The notes beneath the pieces were generated by a model. It saw only the letters and a program-made list of their open reading frames with translations, was not told the DNA's origin and ran no database searches. A DNA stretch of 62,830 bases, the filler included. It is 18 parts of 18 records of this genome, joined end to end, with 100 filler letters (N's around TTAATTAATTAA, not from the genome) between each part and the next. Parts side by side here need not be neighbours in the genome. Positions count along the whole stretch, not along the records: positions 1 to 4,699 come from SRR16133337_10701; positions 4,800 to 8,124 come from SRR16133337_10882; positions 8,225 to 12,186 come from SRR16133337_10927; 15 more parts are not named here. One strand, written 5' to 3'. Position numbers and translations under genes: made by a program. Below are positions 1 through 11,212 of the stretch, one piece after another (position 1 is the first letter of the stretch; each line of letters opens with the position of its first letter).

Positions 1-1827
1 TTTGTGACAAATGCGTTGTCAAAAACAAGTCCAGGTTGCATGAGCCATTCATTCAAACGAGGCATTTCAAGCCAACTCCCAAGATTCTTGTCCTAAAAAC
101 CAATGTGAAAAAATAATAAAACAAACTACAACAAAAGCCCACGGATTTCACATTAAAATTTTGCTCTTGCACACCATATCATCAAGGTAGTAAATTAGGA
201 AATTTGGTGGTTGTTTTGCACAAGTAAGAGCCACGAAGAGTGACCAAACAAAAAGCTTCATGCTTGTCCAAAGACGCAAGTTTTCAAATTGCAAAAACAC
301 GTCGAGTCTCTGAAGCCGCGGAGGTCAGTTTTTTCGAAAAGAAGCCACAAATTTTCTACTTTTAGGATTTTTAGTATGTGGAAAGTATTGAAAATGTTCT
401 TTATGGGAGATTTTTGGAAATTGTTACATTTCATACGCGTTGCTGGGAAAGAATCCAACTTTAAGCTTTCATTTTCTCTGATTTATATTTGTGAAACCCA
501 ACAGTTTATTCGTAGTTTTTCACTGGTTCATTTTTCATAATGAAATAAAATGAAGTCATTATTTCGGCGGTCATTATTTAATAACCTACTGTAGCCAGCA
601 TGGCTATCAAAAAAGTGAGTCAATAATTCTGTACGGCACCGCAATTCTCTGTAGAGAAGTAGATAAAAAGGAGAAACATATTTTAGAGATTCATACAATT
701 TTTCATGTTTGTGATGTGTAAAAGTTCAAATATTTTATTGTGTGATGGGGCGTACGTGAAGTATTCCATATTGTGTGATTCATACTCTTTTCTTCTTTTT
801 TTAGAAACAGTAAACAATCTAAAAAACCTTGGGTATGTGAAGTTGTACATAATAATGTTTTATCCGTACACAATAATGTGCCATCCATAAAAATTGGAAC
901 GATACAGAGATCATCAGCCATGTCTCTGTGCAAGGGTGGCATCACAAAAATCGAGAATGTATCAGGGTTTTTTGGTTAGCGATTTTTCACATTTTCAAAC
1001 AGGCAAGAGATCTTACAATCATGTCTTTTTTAGAAGTGACTTTGAAGACATGTACAGAGCTGGAGCAGCTTGTATTTTCACAGGATTCTTATTTCATATA
1101 ATTTCATCTATTCTAAGTTCGATATCACGGGAGAGATACGGAGTTGTTTCACAAACTTTATTCTACAAACAAGGTAATTCTCAGATTGTAGATTTGTATC
1201 TATACACCGCGTTAACTTCTCGACCTTGAAACATAGGAAAAAAATCGTTTTGGTATTCCAGAGTGTATTTTTCCCATGTCATTTTGGGTGTATTCAAATG
1301 TTTTTTAATATCATAATTCTACATTGTAATTCACTTTAAAGGTAATTGTGAACGGGATGGGATACAGCATCCAACTTTTGTTTTTCGATTTATTTTTCAA
1401 ATTTCAATGAACAATCTTACAGGCCAAACGAAACCTTTTCATTTATGTATTTCACACATCAGTGCTTTTCTTGGTTGCCAAAAGAGTTGTGCTATTACCT
1501 TGACAATTTCTTTTACCGAAATATTTGGAACGGAATTTGAAATGCTGTGCGAGCCATGGTTCTTCCAGCGGAATGTTTTTCACTTGTGTGAGCCATTGGA
1601 AGCGGAATGTTTTCTTCTTTGTTGGTCGGCTTTTTAGTCCTTTTAGTTTCGCACTTTTTTTAAAAAAAGGTGCTTTTACTTTTAACTCTTGTCGTTGTGG
1701 TTTGTGGCTCCTTGGCCAAAATGAACTTTGTGGTGAAACTCTAAAAGTTAGAATACCTTTGAAGAGAAAATATGTGGGCAATTCTTCTGGCATTTTGTGT
1801 GAAAGGATCTTTTTTGTTCCCTGTTAG

Positions 1828-4407
1828 AATGTTCTCAAGACGCTCACTGTGATGACTATAATCCGTGCACATTTGATATGTGCGTCTCTAGTATGTGTTC
1901 ATACTTCTTGGCGGATGGGGACCCATGTAATTTTCAAGAACAACCTGGTGTCTGTGAGAAAGGAAGCTGTGTGATCTCTCCTGGTACGTCTGTAATACTT
2001 TTTTCGTGCAGTGCAAAACATTATGAGATTGTTCCTCTGTTTTGCTTAGATGCTCAAGTCTTTAGTGTAGTACATTCATAATACGCATTGTTTTGTTGCC
2101 TGTACAACCAATGACTTTAAGAAAAATGCAGAAAATGCCCAAGCGATAGATTATTTGTAGTAAATCAAAAAATCAGATACGCGAATACAAGCATGCGAGA
2201 ACTTTTTGATAGCGCATCGTATTTCGGGATTTGTGGAATGGTATTTTAAATTGTCATTTTTCTTTCATTTTTCGTCTCGTTTTTTAAGTCCTGGGCTCCC
2301 TAGTAGATTAGATGTAATTTTACTCATATAGCTGACTTACGCAAATACGTATTGTGGGGTGAAACTATAACATTGAATTCAATTTTTCAAATCGAACAGT
2401 GTACCCAAAAGCTAGGTTTGTGTTTTACATATACTTTTTCATGAAAAAGTGCTAGTATCACTGTTTTGTATGCACAAAAATACTATATTGTGATGGGCGT
2501 CACAACAGAAATGTATTCGTTTTAAAATATAAACATGCAGATGTAGTAAAAAGTATTGTGCAATTTCTTGACAATTGGTTAATTTTGTGTATGGTATATT
2601 GTAAGTGCTAAAAAAGTTTCTATATTCTTCCATACTATATCGCGGTCTCCAGTGTTTTGTGAATACTATCTTGTGATCTTGCCAAAACTACGCATTAAAT
2701 ATTTGAATTATATCAAATTAGATCTTGAATATTTTTTGTAGATAAGAACATCACATTTACCCCGGAAGAAGCATCTCTTTTAGCTGCTAATTTCTTTGAA
2801 GTCAATGGGACAAGAGAAGTTCGCCATCCAGATGCAATTTGGTTTGAAGAAATGAGACAAGCGAGCCCATCTCCACAAAAAACAGCATTCGTTTTTGGAT
2901 GTAATAAAGGATTCAATGCACTCGAAACTTTAATAATGTGGGATGATACTTCGCATCCTTTTAGCAGAACTGAATGGTATGAAATGCAGAAACAACAAAT
3001 TACATCAAACTGTGGCGGCGCGAATTGTAGTGCTTTGGAAATTTCTCCTATTCGAGTTAAAGGTATGCAAAATCGTGGGAAATTGTTGTTGTTTTTGATT
3101 GATGGTTCTTTACACTTTCTTCTTTGCTCGCTTGTTTGTAAGGTTATTTATTTACTAATTTTATTAGTATATTATAAATCTATTACATCCCAGGGGAGAA
3201 ATACATGATCCATTAATTATGGGAAAGAGTTTCAGAGTACTTATTTATAATTTTTGTCAAACATTTAAAATGATACCCCTTCTCACTCATTTAGAAAGCA
3301 AATACACATAAAAAGTACAATCCTCTCTTTTAAAGACTAAAAACTATAAACGTTTTAATTTAGGTGTAGTGCGTATGTATGTGTCTATTTCCGTGGTTGT
3401 ACTCGAGGCATCACACTATTATTCAACGAATTTATGTGAGTTAATTGCTCGCTTTGAATGAAAAAAGAGCGATAAATTTGGATTTTGTCGATTACAAATA
3501 CCTAGTACAGGCTTTTACCTTAGTTTGGAACATTTATGATTTGTATTTATATATTTTCGTTTTATTTTTATTTTTACTTAGATCATTCTGAGAGATCACC
3601 AATTGTATTTTGTATTGAACCCCTACCCGATAATATCGAACTTTTAAAACAATCTTCCGAGTGGCTCGGATACGACAAACCGCATGGAGGACATGTGCCC
3701 ACTGCGTTTCCAATTGTATTTGCTGCAGGTAATAGAGAACGAAGACATTTCATGCCCAAAAATTAAACAATTTATCTTTGTGATACTCCCGAAAAATTCT
3801 CTCAGAATACACACGAGCAGAGACAATATTTCATTTTTGTGCCATAACCAAACAAATTTTGCCACTTTACAGACTTATTTCTTAAAACAATTATTTAACC
3901 AACTTTCGTTGTCAATCGGAAAGTGGAGACGGGACTCTTACTCGTCCGCAATAGTAAGCTTTTACATACCATAAATTCAAACAAAATTCTTTTTATTCCA
4001 ACTTTGAATTTACTGTTTCAAAAGATGATTTTTTTGTTTTTGCTTTTGGAATATTGAGTCACAATTCCGTCATAAGAATAAAAGATAATAACTTTTGTAA
4101 TCCAAATTTTAGGTTCTGATACAGATGGAACGGTCGAATTTTCGAAACATGGTGGAAAAGGAAATGAAATTGAATCAATTAGATCTGAGGCTGGTTCTGA
4201 CACCGCGCCAGTGGAAGCAATTACAGTTGATACTCTCAAAAATCGCTACAATCTTCAAAAAGTTGATATTTTACAAATTGACACTGAAGGACATGATCCA
4301 GCTGTTTTATATGGCGCTCGAAAAACACTAGAACATGTTCGTTATATTGAATTTGAAAGTCACAACCGTGGGTTGTGGGCACAAACACGATTATCAAATG
4401 TGATAGA
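1828..4407 (+). CDS. Eukaryotic spliced gene (partial): FkbM/Methyltransf_21-family SAM methyltransferase, probably with an upstream Cys-rich exon
   Basis: Phase-compatible GT-AG exons at 1828-1983 (CSQDAHCDDYNPCTFDMC...), 2742-3062 (...FVFGCNKGF...), 3582-3728 (VFCIEPLPDNIELL) and 4113-4407 (ITVDTL...VDILQIDTEGHDPAVLYGARKTL..IEFE). These match FkbM motifs in order. Joining of the first exon is inferred from phase only. Confidence 0.75.
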
Positions 4408-4699
4408 GTAAGTGTTGATACTTTAATTCACACACAATGGATTCCACAATCCAAAGAGCTCCCGCTTCTGATAAAAATTACAAGATATTGATATATATTT
4501 TTTCTCGAGAAATGAGACTTGAATCCATTTACCTATGAAATGAACTTAGTAGTTTTAGAGTCCATACAATTAAAACAGCGCTGTTGGATCAATTACTGCC
4601 TTTTTTGCATCAAATAAATCATTAACAAATTAAACATTCGCACATCAAAATATCCATTTTTCTTAATTCCTTAGTTTCTTCCCCTTTTGTATGAGTTTT

Positions 4700-4799
4700 N
4701 NNNNNNNNNNNNNNNNNNNNNNNNNNNNNNNNNNNNNNNNNNNTTAATTAATTAANNNNNNNNNNNNNNNNNNNNNNNNNNNNNNNNNNNNNNNNNNNN
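4700..4799. other. Artificial contig spacer (first of 17)
   Basis: N-run + TTAATTAATTAA + N-run, 100 bp. Other copies start at 8125, 12187, 15687, 18206, 21471, 23574, 28468, 31214, 33352, 35981, 38174, 40286, 44453, 46631, 53181 and 59309. Confidence 0.98.
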
Positions 4800-4844
4800 A
4801 AAAATTTTAGGGGGCTATTTTTGTTTCTAGGGGGTGGAGGTATC
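4800..4844 (-). mobile_element. Putative IS/MITE terminus, divergent copy D
   Basis: Reverse complement GATACCTCCACCCCCTAGAAAC... resembles the ATACTCCGCC..TAGAAACCCGAA copies at 21426, 46731 and 59281, and runs off the contig end. Confidence 0.45.
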
Positions 4845-4866
4845 CCTAGACCAATCTAGTTTATTG

Positions 4867-5886
4867 ATGAAGAAAACACTGCTGATTTTTACATTTCTAT
4901 ACACTTTAATTTGCTATTCACAAAGGGGAGGGGAATCGGTTTACAGTTTTTTAAATTTATCTACTTCTGCCAAACAATTGGCTTTGGGAGGTGCGGCACT
5001 AACTATTGAAGGGGATGTAAACATGCCTGTGTGGAATCCTGCAACTATAGATTCTACGATGAACAACAAAATGGCCGCCAATTATACAAGTTATTTGGCG
5101 GGGATTAATTTGGGATCTGTAGCCTATGCAACGAAAGTGAATGATAGGTTAGGGATGTTTCATGTAGGAGTTACTTACCTAGATTATGGAATCTTATCGA
5201 GAGCTGATGAAATAGGGACGATTACAGGAGAATTTAAAGCCTATGATTTGGCCATCTCTGTGGGCTATGCCTATTTTATAAAAACATTGAATTTGAATGT
5301 CGGTTCAAACGTAAAATGGATCAATTCTTTGATTGATACCTATTCTTCTTTTGGAATTGCCGCAGATTTTTCTGTGTTGTATAAAAGCAAAAAAAGTTCC
5401 TTGGTAACCTCATTGGTGATTCGAAATGTAGGGATGCAAATAAAAACTTTTGACGGTACAAAAGAAAAAATACCTTTGCAAATTGCTTTTGGAGTCTCTT
5501 CACAATTGAAATATGTACCTATAAAATGGTTTGTGACGCTAGATAATTTACAACAATGGAATATTTCTACAAGCAATCCTTCCAATGCGGTTATAGATAT
5601 TGAAACAAATGAGACGATTGAAGAAAAAATCTCATTTATGAGTAATGCGATTCGGCATGCAATTTTTGGTGCGGAGTTATTTCTAAATAGAAAATTTACG
5701 ATCCGTTTAGGATATAATTATAGAAGGGCTAAAGAGTTGAGTATTATAGATACAAGAACTTTTGCAGGATTTTCTTATGGGTTTGGATTGCAACTGAAAA
5801 ACTTAGAACTCAATTATGCTTTGACAAAAATTTATTCAGATTTAAATTCAAATACGTTTGGTCTTATCATCAATCTAAATCCATAA
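4867..5886 (+). CDS. porQ: Type IX secretion system protein PorQ
   Basis: Signal peptide MKKTLLIF, then QRGGESVYSFLNL..SAKQLALGG, NPA and GYNYRRAKEL. Lies directly upstream of cmk, as is typical in Flavobacteriaceae. ATG 4867 is preferred because the ORF-track GTG at 4834 lies inside the repeat. Confidence 0.85.
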   Translation: MKKTLLIFTFLYTLICYSQRGGESVYSFLNLSTSAKQLALGGAALTIEGDVNMPVWNPATIDSTMNNKMAANYTSYLAGINLGSVAYATKVNDRLGMFHVGVTYLDYGILSRADEIGTITGEFKAYDLAISVGYAYFIKTLNLNVGSNVKWINSLIDTYSSFGIAADFSVLYKSKKSSLVTSLVIRNVGMQIKTFDGTKEKIPLQIAFGVSSQLKYVPIKWFVTLDNLQQWNISTSNPSNAVIDIETNETIEEKISFMSNAIRHAIFGAELFLNRKFTIRLGYNYRRAKELSIIDTRTFAGFSYGFGLQLKNLELNYALTKIYSDLNSNTFGLIINLNP

Positions 5887-5887
5887 A

Positions 5888-6580
5888 ATGGATACAAAAA
5901 TGATCATTACCATTGATGGCTATTCTTCCACAGGAAAAAGTACAATCGCCAAAGAATTGGCAAAAAAACTGAGATATATTTATGTAGATACGGGAGCGAT
6001 GTATAGAACTGTAACTTTGTATGCTCTTGAAAACAAGCTTATAGGAACTACTTTTTTTGATTCTGAATCTTTGATAAAAAGATTAGATGCCATTGAGATT
6101 CATTTTGTTTTGAATGAAAAACTTGGATTTGCTGAAGTTTATTTAAAGGGGGTCAATGTAGAATCTAAGATTAGAGGTTTAGAAGTTTCTAACTATGTAA
6201 GTAAAGTCGCCTCTGTTCCCGAAGTCCGTAAAAAACTGGTGGCTCTTCAAAAAAAAATGGGACAAGATAAAGGTTTGGTCATGGATGGTAGGGATATTGG
6301 TACGGTTGTTTTTCCAGATGCCGAATTAAAATTTTTTCTAAAAGCTTCTGCTAAAAAACGGGCAAAACGCAGATATGATGAGCTGATCTCAAAAGGAGAG
6401 GATGTAACTTATGAGGCGATCTTAGAAAATGTGACTTCTAGAGATTATGAAGATACAATACGTAAAGATTCTCCTTTAGTAAAGGCAAAAGACGCGATAG
6501 AGATAGACAATTCAAATTTAACTAAAGAGGCTCAGTTTCAACTGATTTATGGGTTGGTTTTGAAAGTAGTGATGCAGTGA
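5888..6580 (+). CDS. cmk: Cytidylate kinase
   Basis: ITIDGYSSTGKST P-loop, YVDTGAMYR, VMDGRDIGTVVFPDAELKFFL. Confidence 0.97.
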   Translation: MDTKMIITIDGYSSTGKSTIAKELAKKLRYIYVDTGAMYRTVTLYALENKLIGTTFFDSESLIKRLDAIEIHFVLNEKLGFAEVYLKGVNVESKIRGLEVSNYVSKVASVPEVRKKLVALQKKMGQDKGLVMDGRDIGTVVFPDAELKFFLKASAKKRAKRRYDELISKGEDVTYEAILENVTSRDYEDTIRKDSPLVKAKDAIEIDNSNLTKEAQFQLIYGLVLKVVMQ

Positions 6581-6716
6581 AAGGGCAAGGCAGTGTGTAG
6601 TGAAATGGTGATGTCTTAAAACTTTGGACGCATTTAAAAAAAGGATTGTGTACACAAAAAACCTATAAGCCAAACCCTTTGGCAAGCTAAGGGTAAAAAG
6701 TGAAAGCTTAATAGCT

Positions 6717-7454
6717 TTATAGAAATTCCAAATTATTTTTAAGAATCGGTTCTAGAAGTTTTAAGTTCTTTTTGATTCCTAATTTTTGCAAAGCTTCCAA
6801 GTGTTTTTGATGATGTACATCAGATCCAACAAAATCAATCATATTGTTTTTAAGGAGTTTTTCAGCAGTCTTTTTTACAGAATCACCATAATAACTTGTA
6901 AGTGATAAAAGATTTAGTTGAAAACGACAGCCTGAATCTTTTAGCTTTTCGTAGATCTCAAATTTATCCTGATAAAAACCATAACGCTCAGGGTGTGCTA
7001 AAATAGGTTTGTATCCTGCCAATTGGATATCAAAAAGCATTTCAAATAAATTTACAGGGGCATTTAAATAAGACATTTCCACCAAAAGAAAATCTTCCTT
7101 TAAAGTCAAAAGATCTCTCGCTTTTAGAAGTTGGCAAAACTCTTCATCCAACATGTATTCTGCAGCGGCTTCCATTTTTATATACGAAAGATCTCTTTTT
7201 TCTAATTCTTCTTGAACAAGTTCCAATTTATCAAGAATTGTATCGCTACTATTTTCCCATAAACCACCCAATACATGAGGGGTTGTAATAAAGTTTTGAA
7301 TTCCAAAAGAACTCATTTTTAAAATCAATTCCATGCTTTCCTCTAAATTTTTGGCACCATCATCTATTCCTGGTAAAAGGTGAGAATGAATGTCTATAAA
7401 ATCTATGGGAAATACTTCTGCAATGGAAGTTTCTTTTTTAAAAAAATTGAACAC
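6717..7454 (-). CDS. CpsB/CapC-family PHP-domain tyrosine-protein phosphatase
   Basis: IDIHSHLLPGIDDGA, TTPH, ILAHPERY, GSDVH. Likely start is GTG 7454, because the ORF-track TTG at 7484 lies inside a TAAATTTG promoter element. Confidence 0.92.
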   Translation of the reverse strand: MFNFFKKETSIAEVFPIDFIDIHSHLLPGIDDGAKNLEESMELILKMSSFGIQNFITTPHVLGGLWENSSDTILDKLELVQEELEKRDLSYIKMEAAAEYMLDEEFCQLLKARDLLTLKEDFLLVEMSYLNAPVNLFEMLFDIQLAGYKPILAHPERYGFYQDKFEIYEKLKDSGCRFQLNLLSLTSYYGDSVKKTAEKLLKNNMIDFVGSDVHHQKHLEALQKLGIKKNLKLLEPILKNNLEFL

Positions 7455-7481
7455 ACCTTTATATTTAGCTTTATAACGTTG

Positions 7482-7489
7482 CAAATTTA
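7482..7489 (-). promoter_or_regulatory. Bacteroidetes -7 promoter element (TAAATTTG)
   Basis: Matches TAnnTTTG about 28 bp upstream of the phosphatase GTG start. Confidence 0.6.
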
Positions 7490-7710
7490 GAGAATCCTTA
7501 TGATATCTGGAATCAATATAGTAAGTATCTAAAGTACCTTTTTTAAAAGATCAATTCAATCCTCCATTCCACTCGCTTTCCAAATTTTTAGTTTTAAGTT
7601 ATAAAACGTATAACTGAAAATTCGTAGCTAGTAACTGGTAGTTTGTAATTCAAAACATTAATCTTTAAACAAACAACAGTATAATAAAGGAACTCTAAAA
7701 AATAGCTATT

Positions 7711-8124
7711 TTATAAAGCTCGTTCTAATAGAGCCATATAAAAACCATCATAACCACTTTTAGCAGGAGAAACCTTGTTTTCGTTAATCAATTTATAGTT
7801 TGTATTATTTTTTAAGAACTTTATTACCTGATCCTCATTTTCAGAAGGTAAAATAGAACAAGTTGCATAAACCAATTTACCCCCTTTTTTAACCAATTTT
7901 GAATAACTTTCTAAAATTTCAGCCTGTTTTTTTTTGATCTTTTCAATAAATTCAGGTTGTAATTTCCATTTAGCATCTGGATTTCTTTTTAAAACTCCCA
8001 ATCCAGAACAAGGAGCATCAATTAAAACTCTATCAGCACTTTCTTTTAAATTTTTTAGGGTTTTAGAAGATACGATATGTTTTGGAGTAATATTATGTGC
8101 TCCAGCTCTTTTCGCTCTTTTTTT
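7711..8124 (-). CDS. RsmB/NOP-family RNA m5C methyltransferase (C-terminal part; 5' end cut by contig end)
   Basis: Frame is open to the contig edge: KRAKRAGAHN...ADRVLIDAPCSGLGVLKRNPDAKW...LVYATCSILPSENE...DGFYMA. Confidence 0.92.
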   Translation of the reverse strand, partial: KKRAKRAGAHNITPKHIVSSKTLKNLKESADRVLIDAPCSGLGVLKRNPDAKWKLQPEFIEKIKKKQAEILESYSKLVKKGGKLVYATCSILPSENEDQVIKFLKNNTNYKLINENKVSPAKSGYDGFYMALLERAL

Positions 8125-9206
8125 NNNNNNNNNNNNNNNNNNNNNNNNNNNNNNNNNNNNNNNNNNNNTTAATTAATTAANNNNNNNNNNNNNNNNNNNN
8201 NNNNNNNNNNNNNNNNNNNNNNNNATATTACATCGTGTGGTCGTTTATCCTTTCGTGTGTACAGGCAAGCCTGTAACACAATACAAGTAGATTACATGGC
8301 CATTTTGAAGGCCTCCCTCGTAGAGAATCAGCTGAAACAAGTACATGCCAAACTGAAAGCCTCTGACAAGCCAGGCGCGAGATCAAACGTTTCAATGTTC
8401 TTCAATGTAAGTACCGATCATGTACGGTCAGTAAATGGTCTTTTTTCGTTGAAGTTGGCGCGTTACAGTATCAAAATAAGGCCTTCAAAAGTACGTGAAA
8501 ACTAGATTTTGCTGAATTTTTGTTGGTTCGTTGCGCTGTAGCAACTCGTAAACGACAAACAGACATAAACTTTTAGCACTATCCGCTAGAACAAGGCCCC
8601 GACTACCTATTGTCCAAAAATCAACAAAACCCGACCAGTAGTCCTGGAGTTAGGTCGTGGCCACTGGGGGTCTCAAGCCACATGTCTCCTTTTCAACAAA
8701 ATTTTGAAAATGATGTCTTGGTCATAAAATTTATTTACGTGTTTTCCATGTATTTGTAAGTATTTCTCATCGAATGTTTATTTCAAAGTACTTGTTTCTC
8801 ATAAAGTTATGTACTATTGTGGTAGGCACATACTTATTGCATACATTGTACTTCGCAATTTTGAGCTAAAAAAACATGGTGATTCCTCACAATAGGGAGT
8901 TGCTTTTACAAGGAAATTCGAAGCAAGAAACCCTCCCACCGCACCACCACCCCTCTCCCCTCATTTTGGGATTTCAACTATGGGACGAGGTTTTCATTTT
9001 ACAAAGGATTTGTGACCAGAGCCAAAATATTACAAAAACCCTCCCTCATTTCGGGCAAAAAACTATGCTAGAGGAAGAGGGTTTTGCTTTGAAATCTCTG
9101 TACTATGATGGAGGGGGAGTGGGTGTTACAAGTACAACGAAACATATTGGTGGATATTCTGTACAAGGAGTGCGAGAATATCCGTGAATTGTTTCTTTCA
9201 GCCTAC

Positions 9207-9332
9207 CTGTCGCATCCTCTAGAAAACAGCTACTTTCATCACTCCGGTCATCACAATTGTATTGGAAATTGCACTCCATGTATACAGGAAGACATGAGCC
9301 GTCACCGCATTCAAATCCATATTGGCCACATG
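9207..9332 (-). CDS. Eukaryotic exon encoding an LDL-receptor class A domain
   Basis: AG/GT-bounded 126-bp phase 1-1 exon: CGQYGFECGDGSCLPVYMECNFQYNCDDRSDESSC (6 Cys, DxSDE). Confidence 0.85.
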
Positions 9333-10335
9333 CTAAACAGTTTTTTAAGAAACACTTTAAAGCCAAATTTGAACGTTGCTTGCCACCTCACACATAAAAA
9401 ACCATTCAATCGGCAATTTAAAAGCACACACACACACACGCCGGCGTGATTTTCTCACATAATGATATCCTGTGATTTATAAACACTAATATTTCTTTTC
9501 TCTCGCGAAGTCATCCCCGCAGTATATCAAATTACCCCCCACCCCACACCCCCACACACACTCCTTATTTTCGGTGGTTTTTTATCCTTCAGAGGGGGTG
9601 GGTGTGGGGTGGGTGTTAATTACTATTGTGAAGTATTACAAAAATGAAAATAATAATTTTCAGAAATGGATTTTCAACATACCAGCGTACGAAAATCGGT
9701 GTTTTATGCATCAAAGGATTGTTTTCAAAGTCCGAAAACACATAAATACATTGCAGTTTGTTCATCCAACATGTGATTTCGAAAGTCTGAAAGCACTGAC
9801 TTAGTGATTTCGGACTTCGAAAATTGTTTCAAAAACAATATTAATATTCAAAAACTTAGCAAACACAAACACACACGAGCAACCACCACCCCATAGCAAA
9901 CTACCACTCCTTATTGCTTGTCCAGAACACTGTTTAAGGAGGGAGAGGTTACTCTGTAATATTCAAGCTCTTGTCTCAAAAAAATGCGTAAATTCCATCT
10001 CAACCAGGCATTGAAATATCTTCACTATACTTCCATTGTTGCTGTGTAATGGTATGACGCATTGTGTGCACAGGGTCGCGGTCCTGGTTCGAAATGCTTG
10101 AAAAACCAGCAGAAATTATGTTTTGAATTTGAACGAGCAACAAAAATGGCATCAATTATGGGAGATAATTTTTAAAAAATCAATGGGAGGAAACACTTCC
10201 CAAGAGCCATGTTTTCCCCTCAATCTGATGGTTGTTTATCCATAAACACTTCACAGCTAAAGTTCGGATAACTGCAGTGCTTTTGTAAAATATGCGATTT
10301 CAATCTCTCTCTCTCTTTCTTTCACTCCAACTTAC

Positions 10336-10641
10336 CTCCAAAAAATGCCGGGCATTCTGGATGAACACCTCCATTTTCGATAGCATTCCTAACAGACTGA
10401 ACTTGACAAGCATCATCACCAAAATTATCATGTAACCATCCCGGATCTTCGTTGTTCTCATCACATACATCGCAATAGTAGTGAAACAAATCGCAAAAAG
10501 TTTTTGCATATTCATCACCGCTTGCAACGCAAGTTGCGTTGCCTTGGTAGTAAAATTCCTCACCACAAATTTTGAAGTCATCAGGATCTAGATTTTCTTG
10601 AAGGAATACTTCTCGCCAGCGGTCTGTCATGGAACAGTTCT
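10336..10641 (-). CDS. Eukaryotic exon, Cys-rich acidic extracellular-type module, probably the same gene as the LDLa exon
   Basis: TTGTAG acceptor and GTAAGT donor, 306 bp, phase 1-1, open frame NCSMTDRWREVFLQ...HPECPAFFG. Family not recognised. Confidence 0.65.
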
Positions 10642-10772
10642 CTACAAAATTTTAATCATCATAAAATATCGAACACAGATACCATGGAGTCCATAATAAC
10701 TCCTTACATCCAATCCCACCAATAGTAAACCCGCAGCACTGTTGCGATGTGTATGCGTGTGTTGTGAGTATG

Positions 10773-11212
10773 CAGTGTTTTTTTCGGGGCGTGGGTCCAC
10801 AAATGCGGAGTCGAAACGCGATTTGCGGAGTCGAAAAAATAGAGGGTCCGCAAAAAAGATTGGGACCAAAAAAAATTTTGATGGTGGTGGAGTTAAGCCA
10901 ACCAAGAAAAAATATTTTGTGAAACGTATGTCCCTTTCTTCACTGTTGTTAACATTTGGCATTCAAAGCACTTTGAAGCGCAGACAATTTATTGCTCAAC
11001 ATTTGTGTCTCCAGAGACAACGTGACGCATATTTTATAAATCACGACTAATTACTGCGGTTTAGGAATACCCTCGCGCGAAGTGCGAATTTTTTTTTACC
11101 TTTTTGCGTCGAAATCGAGTATTGCGGAGTCGACTTTGAATTTTGCGGAGTCAGGAAGAGAAAGGGTCCGCAAAAAATACGAAGTCGAAATTTTTTGGAA
11201 AAAAAAACACTG
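10773..11212. mobile_element. Non-autonomous hAT-like MITE, 440 bp
   Basis: Terminal inverted repeats CAGTGTTTTTTT / AAAAAAACACTG. Internal repeats TGCGGAGTC (x4) and AGGGTCCGCAAAAAA (x2). Flanks GTGAGTATG and GTGAATG resemble a decayed target duplication. Confidence 0.55.

Noticed and set aside
258-1827. Short overlapping ORFs in contig 1 and similar 60-120 aa ORFs in other eukaryotic contigs or antisense to bacterial genes
   Set aside because: No motifs, intron-like composition, or shadow frames of real genes.
4744-4755. Regularly recurring TTAATTAATTAA palindrome as a biological repeat or array
   Set aside because: Always centred in N-runs of fixed length; it is an all-frame-stop assembly linker.
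8124-8225. Bacterium-to-eukaryote horizontal transfer suggested by adjacency of bacterial and spliced genes
   Set aside because: Every such junction is an artificial spacer.
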